Assembly (NCBI GenBank): GCA_012295275.1
Contig: CM022665.1
Location: 3,162,001-3,226,000 of the forward strand
DNA from: Chrysomallon squamiferum
Taxonomy: Eukaryota > Animalia > Mollusca
Length of the DNA: 64,000 bases
Direction: 5' to 3'
Shown in pieces: positions 55,631 to 64,000 of the stretch. Under the pieces are notes generated by a model. That model was not told the DNA's origin, made no database searches, and saw nothing but the letters and a program-made list of their open reading frames with translations. Both the position numbers and the translations under genes were made by a program. The stretch's first letter is position 1. Each line of letters begins with the position of its first letter.

Positions 55631-58040
55631 CATTTCTTTCTTATATCACCGTAACCAAGAAGGAAACCAGTCAGTTTCAACTCTTCCTGTCTCACGCGGA
55701 CTACTCTGGGTGCTTCGTGTAATGTATACACACAGCCATGGATTCGTATCTTCTGTACATGAATGTCAAATTATAATGGTACATTTTAAATACTAACAAA
55801 ACTTATTGAAAGAAGTAATTCAGTGAAAGGAACAGGTGTAAAATTGTTCCATATATATTTGTTGTCATTCGCGATAAAAATAGTGGTACTAGCACTAGTA
55901 TTAACAATGCTATTTTTATACATTTTCTACACGTCGTACTTTATTATTAACTTTTTTTTTTTTTTTTTTTTTTTTTTTGATCATGTCATTTCTTATGGAT
56001 CAGAATGCCTTCATCTTGCACGGCCAAAGTGGTTTGCTCTTTGTTTGTTCTTCGTAATAAAAATATGTAATTTTGACAGCGATACAGATCAAAGTTTAGT
56101 TCGCATCTTCATGAACACGCCCTGTATTTGTAATCTGAAGAACAAACAACTTCATTCACATTTTATGAAAGCAAATCATACATCAACAGATGTCATTCCC
56201 ACTTTCTCTCTCTTTCGTAATGAACATTTTATTACCAACAACATTACACATTTGAATTAACCCTATCTTTGACCTTTACCAATATTCCTAATCTTTGTTT
56301 TGAATATCTTTAATATTAATATCAGAAGTAATTGATTTTAATGACTAACAGTTATTAAGAAAACAAATATTTGTAGAAATATCTGAGTTTTGTAATTCAA
56401 AACGAAAGTGTCCCGTATAAATATGTGTGACGTATGTTTATTTATACGAACTTAGAAATATGAAATAATTAAAATGTATACCTAAAAACAAAAAAAAAAA
56501 AAAAATTAAATTTAAAAAAAAAAAATCAAGACTTAATAGCTAAGCGCAAAATAATGAAAATTTTAATACAAACACAAGTCACGAACTATTTCCTGTTTTG
56601 ACAAAGGCACGTGTTGCAGAACGGGAAAAACATCAAAGTATGGCGGCTGTGTTTTGTGACCAGGTTAAATGTAAAGTACACTCAACAGCTGCTGTCCTTG
56701 ACCTCTTTGTCTGTGCGGCCTCTCCCCTGCTTCAACAAATTTTTCAATTAATTACAATATCCGCAAATTTCAGTATCCTTTAATGAAAATGAAATGGTTT
56801 AGAGGTCGTGGTTTCAACAACAAAAAAAAAGAGATTTGTTTGTGTTTTGTTCAGGTTTATCTGGGAAATACGATTAATTTGAAGTGTACGTTTGCTGTGT
56901 TAATGAAAATATTCTGATGTAAAACAAGCAGTTATCGGGAAACTTTCACACATTTTTATAAACTCAGAGAACGATAGATATCAGCGTGTCTGTGCGTGAG
57001 TGCGTGCGTGCGTGCGTGTGTGTGTGTGTGTGAAAAGTAACAAAATATTAATGAAATGAAGATGATTTTTATCTTTAAAAGATTACGTCAAAATTAAAAA
57101 GTAGAATTTTAATATTCAGCTGATGACAGAAAGATTTTTATTAAAATTTAACGCCATCCAGACATGATGAACTTTTCTGTATGCTCCATTCCCATTTAAA
57201 AATCAGCTGAGACGTCACGAAAACACCATCGAGGGAATCGAGTAACAGTCTACTGCGGATCGCCGGGACAAGAAATACAGTACTTCATAAATAAGTAATG
57301 TGGAACAGTCTTATGAACATTCACTATTAATACGTTTTTGTCTGAAGTGCTGCTATTAAGAAATAAATAAATTCGAAATCAAAGTGATATCATTTCATCT
57401 TCAGACCAACTGAGGAGGTGTAGAGTTACACCATTATTTGATCTTTACACTGATTCTTCTCAGTACTTGTTGAATACGTTAATATGTAAGAACTTATTAC
57501 TGTATACGTTCTGTTCTTCTTTTTTTTTTATATTTTATATTTTATTTAATGAGAGAAGGTTCACGCGGCTATGTGTAGCTGATTTTACTACAGATTTTTT
57601 TTTTTTTTTTTTTAGAACACAGAAAGCGAAAACATTAGTAAATTATTTTATTCCTTTGTGCAGCAGTAGACTCGAATCGCCATTTATTCTGATTCGGAAT
57701 TTTTTTAACTAATTTATCTTTATCCTATAAATAACACGTCATACTCGCTGCATGTCGTTCGTCTAATAAATAATGTGAAATTTAGTTGAATACTTTCATT
57801 CTGAATGTAATAACAAACAATGATTTAACAGTAATTACGAATCCTTAATACACGTATTCTGAAAGCATAAATGTCAAATTTGCATGTATGTATTTGGTTC
57901 GATGCCAACAATTTCCACAAAACAACGTCACCAATTAATTAATATTTGTCATGCAGTTTTCGTAAATAAGAATATATTGTCTTTTTTGACTCCTTTAGAC
58001 CAAACGTCGTTTAATTGTTGATCGTCCCTGAAAATTGTGT

Positions 58041-58154
<114 letters not shown>

Positions 58155-58980
58155 ACACGGTCTGTTTAACAATACAGCCGTCAATCAATATGAATGAAGG
58201 AGTACTTTAACGTATGTTGATTCATTTATTTTAACGTAATGGGCTGCGCTTCATTTTTTCATTATTGTATCGAAATAAAATCCATTATCACAGAAGTGAA
58301 AACAGGAATGCTGCGTAATAAAATTAATCACAGTCACGCACAAAATGGCGCCAGAATATTTATTGTAAAAATCACTTGAAAACAAAGTCTTAAATGTTTG
58401 TATAAAACTCATCAGAAAACGACCGACTTGTGAATGTCATCCCATTAACAGCAGTAGCAAATATCAATATGGATGATTAGTGTGACTTCCTCAAGTATTT
58501 TAAACTAGGAATAGTTTGCACGTATAAGCAAACATTACTACTTTTCTTAATTCTGCTAACGCGCGCAAATTTGAACTTTTGTAATGAAAAAAATTTGTAA
58601 GTATCCTTATTTGTTATTATGATTATGATTATTATTATTATTATTTTAATTAATTATTCTAAAAAAAAAAAAAAATGATCGTTATAATTGTATCCAAGAC
58701 TGGTTAGTTGGTTTTGTGTATGGGCACGTTGCTTTATTTTTTTGTTGTTAATTTGTTTTATGATTGATTTTCATCTTTTGACGAAACACGCTGAACGTTT
58801 GATTGGATGGATTATCAACTAACCGTTGAATAATACTTTATAATACTTCATCTGCTTCCAACATAGTAAATTTTACAACAACAACAAAAAAATAATAATA
58901 ATAATAATAATTTAAAAAAAAAATTAAATTAAATTAAAAAAGAAAAATACAGTATCACAGATATAAAGTATCGCCATCGT

Positions 58981-59018
58981 TGAAACTTGTCCTTGACCTA
59001 TGACCTGCCCAGTCACGT
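58981..59018 (-). promoter_or_regulatory. Nuclear-receptor half-site array (perfect DR1 plus DR0) next to an E-box
   Basis: Minus strand reads AGGTCA-T-AGGTCA-AGGACA-AGTTTCA (59006-58981). GTCACGTG starts at 59012. Confidence 0.4.
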
Positions 59019-59896
59019 GTGATAAAATCGATACAGTAGCCTTAACCAAGATAAACACCACCTTGCGGATTCGATTCATGAATAAATCAAACAGTGCGCG
59101 TTTAATTGGGATTGTATTATGATCGTGTATCAAAGTAGAATCTGTTGCCTACCCGCGGACCTTCCGCGCACCTGGAAGATGACCCCCCCTCCAATAACCC
59201 CGACAGGGCAGCTGCAGATCTTAAATTCTGAACCCAGGTTACCGTTTTAGCCAAAAGCCCCAAAGTGACAGAATTTTAAAAAGATCGTTTTTCTTTCTTT
59301 CTTTCTTTTTTTTTTTTTTTTTTTTCAGTTTTGACACATGGTACTTCAGATTCAAAATAATTGCGACGACAAAATATATGTTCACAAAAATAAACTCGAT
59401 CCTGTTCCAGATTTTTTTTTTAGAAAAGATAGGGATTTTGAAATATAATTTTTTTTTTTTTTTCTATACAAACACACACACTTCATATACTTTTCTAAAA
59501 TCGTTTTTCTTGAAGAGAGAAATATTCCGATACCTTCATATATTATATATGTATCGTGTTTTAAGGTATCATGCCATTTGTCTATTCAAGAAAAGCGATT
59601 TTAGAAAAGTATTGATTTGTATCTGTTAAATACAGTTTCTTTCTTTAGTTTTCATTTGTTTTATATTTTAAGTTTGTAATTTTATTAAGAATAGGTCAAG
59701 AAAACCTGAAAATCAGGATATGACTTGGATTTCCCAAGTTTGCTCGAATAATTATTTATACAGGTTTGTGTCTGTCTGTTTGTGTATGTGTGTCTATGTC
59801 TCTATGTGTGTGTATGTGTGTGTTTGTGATGTGTGTGTATGTGTGTATGTATACGTATGTATGTGTGTGTCTATGTGTGGGTTTGTCTATGTGTCT

Positions 59897-59943
<47 letters not shown>

Positions 59944-61378
59944 TAAAATCTTTATATGATAAAATGTGTTAACACACTCATTCTAAAACGTCTCAAATAG
60001 GACTGAATTTATTTCACTATCAAGATCTGTGGGTCAAAACTGAAAAAGAAAGAAAGAAATTAATTTTTAAATTTTTATTATTATTATTTTTTTAAATCGA
60101 TCACTTTTCGGCATATATGTTTGTGTGTATGTGTGTGGTGTGGTGTTCTGTGGTGTGGTGAGTGCGCGCGTGTGTGTGTGCGTGCGTACGCACTCACGTA
60201 CATACAGACAGATACACGCACTATTGTTCACACAGCTAATTTAAGATATTAGCATGTTAGTGCCCATTTAATCATCAGCTGTCAACGGCAGATAGATGAA
60301 CGTGGCATGCTTCGAGTTAGGATAGCATGGTAGGGGAAAAAGAGAGTTAAAAATTAATTGTTATTTCCTCTTTGAAAAAGAATAGATGAAGCAAAAAATA
60401 TCATCTGCCGCACACAAAACCATATCTTCTCATGATTAATTTATGAGAGAGGTGAAAGGTTCAACTTTAGGAGACAATAAACAAGGATTTATTATCATTG
60501 GCCTAAACTGTATAATGAAATCTCTTATCGGCAGGACGCCGCCAATTTGCCTCACTGTCCTACTCTAAAACCTATTTATTATCTTCTCTTATGCATTGTT
60601 GTGGCTTGTATCTTTTCATCGTGGTCATACGCCTGGCACGCTTTTGCAGACATGTGTTTTAATGAAACAAACAAAAAAAAAGAAACAAAAAAAAAGTTCA
60701 CCACCAGAGAGCAACTGCAGCAGAACCAGCCTTCCTTCCCTACCGCTATGAAAAGATCGAGAATAATTTCCTCAAATTATTATACTTTGGTTTAATGCAC
60801 GGTATTGATATCTAAGCGTTCTTCTGTGATGCGGGTTCTAATTTTCATTTTGTTGCTTCTTTATTGGATTTTTATTATCTAATTTTTTTATTGTTTTTCC
60901 CTTCTTTTTTCTTTTTTTACATTTTTTAAAAAAAAAAAAAAAAAAAAAAGTAAAGAAAAAAAAAAAAAAAGGAACCGAGATATTGCCGGAAGTAATGAGT
61001 TGTAATTAAGTCACGATGAATTTATGTCACCAGACATCAACCTTGTCATTCATAGCAGAAGCAGAATAAAAAGTACAGGTATATTAAATTACACTTTGTT
61101 TCTTTTATTATCTTTTTTTTTTTTTTGGGGGTATTTTATTAGTTATTTGTTATTTTGGTTTTAGCTGTTTTATAATAAAGTAGTAATTAGGTGACCTTTT
61201 GATTTTCAGAAAAAAAAAAAAAAGAAGAAGAAAACAAAGAATGAAAGAAAAAAGTGTAATAAATACTGTATTTATTTTTAAAAATTTAACAGAATTAAGT
61301 ATATTAAATACTATAATTATATAATTATATGTATATATTATTATTTTAATTTTTGTTCTTTTCGTTTCTTTCTTTCTT

Positions 61379-61380
<2 letters not shown>

Positions 61381-61428
<48 letters not shown>
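61381..61428. repeat. Poly(T) tract (~48 nt)
   Basis: Direct reading. Other long homopolymers occur at 32099-32126, 39095-39122, 42173-42208 and 47108-47138. Confidence 0.95.
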
Positions 61429-61432
<4 letters not shown>

Positions 61433-63118
61433 AGAAATATTTAAAGATGGAATGGTGGAATTACTACTTTCTACATAACAAAGCAACCTTTTCGGTAAAC
61501 TGTCAGACACGACTGAAAATACCGTAAAGAAATCGTGTCATTCTCAACAACGTCAAAACTGTCGAGTATTTTAAATGAAACTGTATAAACTAAGAACAAG
61601 AACGTTCTCAGGAAAGTTATTAAAACTTGTTGAGGATTAACAACGAGCTGACGTTTCACATCTGACTCCCGACTTGATGAAATTACTGCCAACGGTGCAA
61701 GAAGATCGCAGAGCACGAGCCACGATGGGCACGCGCACAGCGGATCCCGTTACAAGTATCTGTGACTTATTACCAGCGGAGCGTGACACTAATAAGCCCC
61801 CATCGAACACATTCATTATAACTACATCGTCCTGTCCAATTATTTGTCAATAAATGGATTAATAATTAATATGTGGGCATGACAGCAATAATTCTGCGTC
61901 GTGTAATTCGGGCTCCAGCCATTGTTTTCGTGAAGAGCCCGTTGAGAAAACAATATGGTGTCAACAAAGAGAAGAGAGAGAGAAAAAAAATTTCCTTTCG
62001 CGTTTAGATACGACTTCGTTTGTTTGCCTTTTAGCGGTTAATGCTTGGAGCTAATGAGGGCGATCTTGTTAGAAGTTCAGCGTGTGAAGTTATTTGTAGA
62101 GAAAGTTGCATGACACTTGATGTGGTAGGAAAGAAGAAAAAGTCTGTGAGCGTTTTCTCATACGTGCTTACATTTCCACATTTCTTAACACATGATGTCA
62201 GTTTATCTGAAAGCATAGAAACACTATATATAATTATTAATACACCCCGGTACTGTGTTACGTTACGTTTGTTTATGTCTTGTTTACTTAATAAGTTATT
62301 GTTACTACCACAGCCAAAATCACCCCCCTCTTCCTCCTCCTCATTGTTGTTGTTGTTGTTGTATTTATTTCCGCGTATGCAACTGATGCACAACTGGTTT
62401 ATCAAAGGACATGGTGTGTTTTCTGATTGTATTGTGGGGTTTTTTGGGGGGTTTTCGTTCGTTCTTTCTTTTTTTCCTTTTTTTTTTCTTTTAGAATTTG
62501 TATTGTGGTTGCTGTTTGTTTCATGGAGAGGGCTGCGGTTGGTATTTAAAAAAAAAAAAAATGAAAACTTAAAAATGTTTTAATATAATAACGACATTCC
62601 TTTGTCGACATAACGAGAAAACGGTGTTTTAAATGAACTTCATTGAGAAACTGTCATGCTTACTTAAATTTCTTCAATTGTTCAGTTGGTTATTACTTCA
62701 GTAAACTGGGAATTGTTCTCGATACCGTTTTTTTTCTACGGAAGACAATACGAGGATTTGAAGAAACTACTTTTGTCAATAAAAAAAAAGAAGAAAAAAA
62801 ACAAACAAAAAAAACTTTTCTATGCACAATTATCGGTATTTCTGTGTAATTTCCGCCGTGATGTTATGTCAGTGTCCCCGCATTTCCTTTTTCAAGATAA
62901 ATTTCTATTTCTTCCATTTTGTGTTAATCGAAGACAATAATGTACATATTTTGTTCATTGTGCACCAACATGGTTTATACATTGACTACAAAAAAAAAAA
63001 AAAAAAAAAAAAACGCTGGTGTGCAGTGGTATTGACCTGCGCGCACCAACTGTTTTTGTAAATAATAGATAGAGATAGACGTAATTTGGTAAACATTACC
63101 TGTGCCGTTCCTTGGAAT

Positions 63119-63327
63119 CGAGGGCGGATCTACAATGAAAATAAAAGAAGATTAAGCTTCGGTGCTCCTTATCAAGGAGGGGCCTGGGAAACGAAGTCTT
63201 AAGCGAACGTTTGTGATGATCTGTGAAGAATTCCACTGAAGAAGATAACAGTGGTGGTTACCCAGATCTCGTTGTCGGTTGAGAAATTCAAGGTTTAGAG
63301 CCCCCAAAAAGTGTAGATCCGCCTAGT
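63119..63327. mobile_element. Non-autonomous hAT-like MITE (~209 bp)
   Basis: Perfect 12-bp inverted repeat GGCGGATCTACA (63123-63134) / TGTAGATCCGCC (63312-63323). Four bp further out are degenerate 8-bp direct flanks CTTGGAAT / CTTGAAAC (6/8 identical), consistent with the 8-bp hAT TSD. Confidence 0.75.
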
Positions 63328-63932
63328 CTTGAAACGTTCTCGGTTGATTATTTATTTCTAGTTTATGGTTACCAGGAACTGATAGGCTCTACGCTTTTGC
63401 CCGCATGTTTAGAAGTGCGGTTGATTACATGGGAATTCAGATTAGAATTTATTATTCAATAAATAAATAAATAAATAAATAAATAACAAATAAATTAATT
63501 AATTTAAAAAAAAATGAAGTATTTATTTATCAGATGATCATGGATGATGATGATGATAATAATTACGTTTAGAAAACAACTTTCATCATCATCATCATCG
63601 TCGTCATTATCATTATTTTTATCATCACCACAACGATGTGGGCAGCATTTGTTCAAATTCATTTTGTTCTGTATCGCTTCATTATTAAACAAACATGCTA
63701 GATTCGTCATTAATAACATACATAAATATTCCCAAGCAGTAAACGTCTGCTTTATCAGCGCGCAGACGTAAATAGAATATCAAGTTAAACACCCCACATC
63801 TAGCACCCACCTCGCCACGCTATCAATCACTCTCGCAGAACCATCGTTACCCTCACTTATCACTCCAGTCTTTTCCCGTGTTTACACAACGCTTTACTCT
63901 GCAAATTGAAATTCGATTTTCTCTTAAAAACA

Positions 63933-63975
<43 letters not shown>

Positions 63976-64000
63976 GTTGTTGTTGTTGTTGTTGTTGTTG

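Overview
Very AT-rich, microsatellite-dense eukaryotic DNA that is almost entirely non-coding. The repeat spectrum and mosaic CpG depletion suggest an invertebrate, possibly a mollusc (inference). I can identify no protein-coding gene, RNA gene or CRISPR array, and the supplied ORFs are mostly microsatellite or minisatellite translations. Supported features: about ten minisatellite arrays or tandem duplications (three neighbours at 21-24.8 kb share a TACTAGTTTA core), many microsatellites, one clear and one degraded hAT-like MITE, a promoter-like YY1/E-box element at 55.6 kb and several weak exon candidates. Larger-scale patterns: (1) a CpG-depleted domain at about 11-43 kb, gradual on the left and sharp on the right, next to a CpG-retaining domain at 43-64 kb; (2) a roughly 1-kb alternation of complex, GC-richer islands with AT or microsatellite spacers; (3) recurrent, often inverted-paired CAGGTR and TGACAG motifs inside those islands. 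All counts are by eye and approximate.
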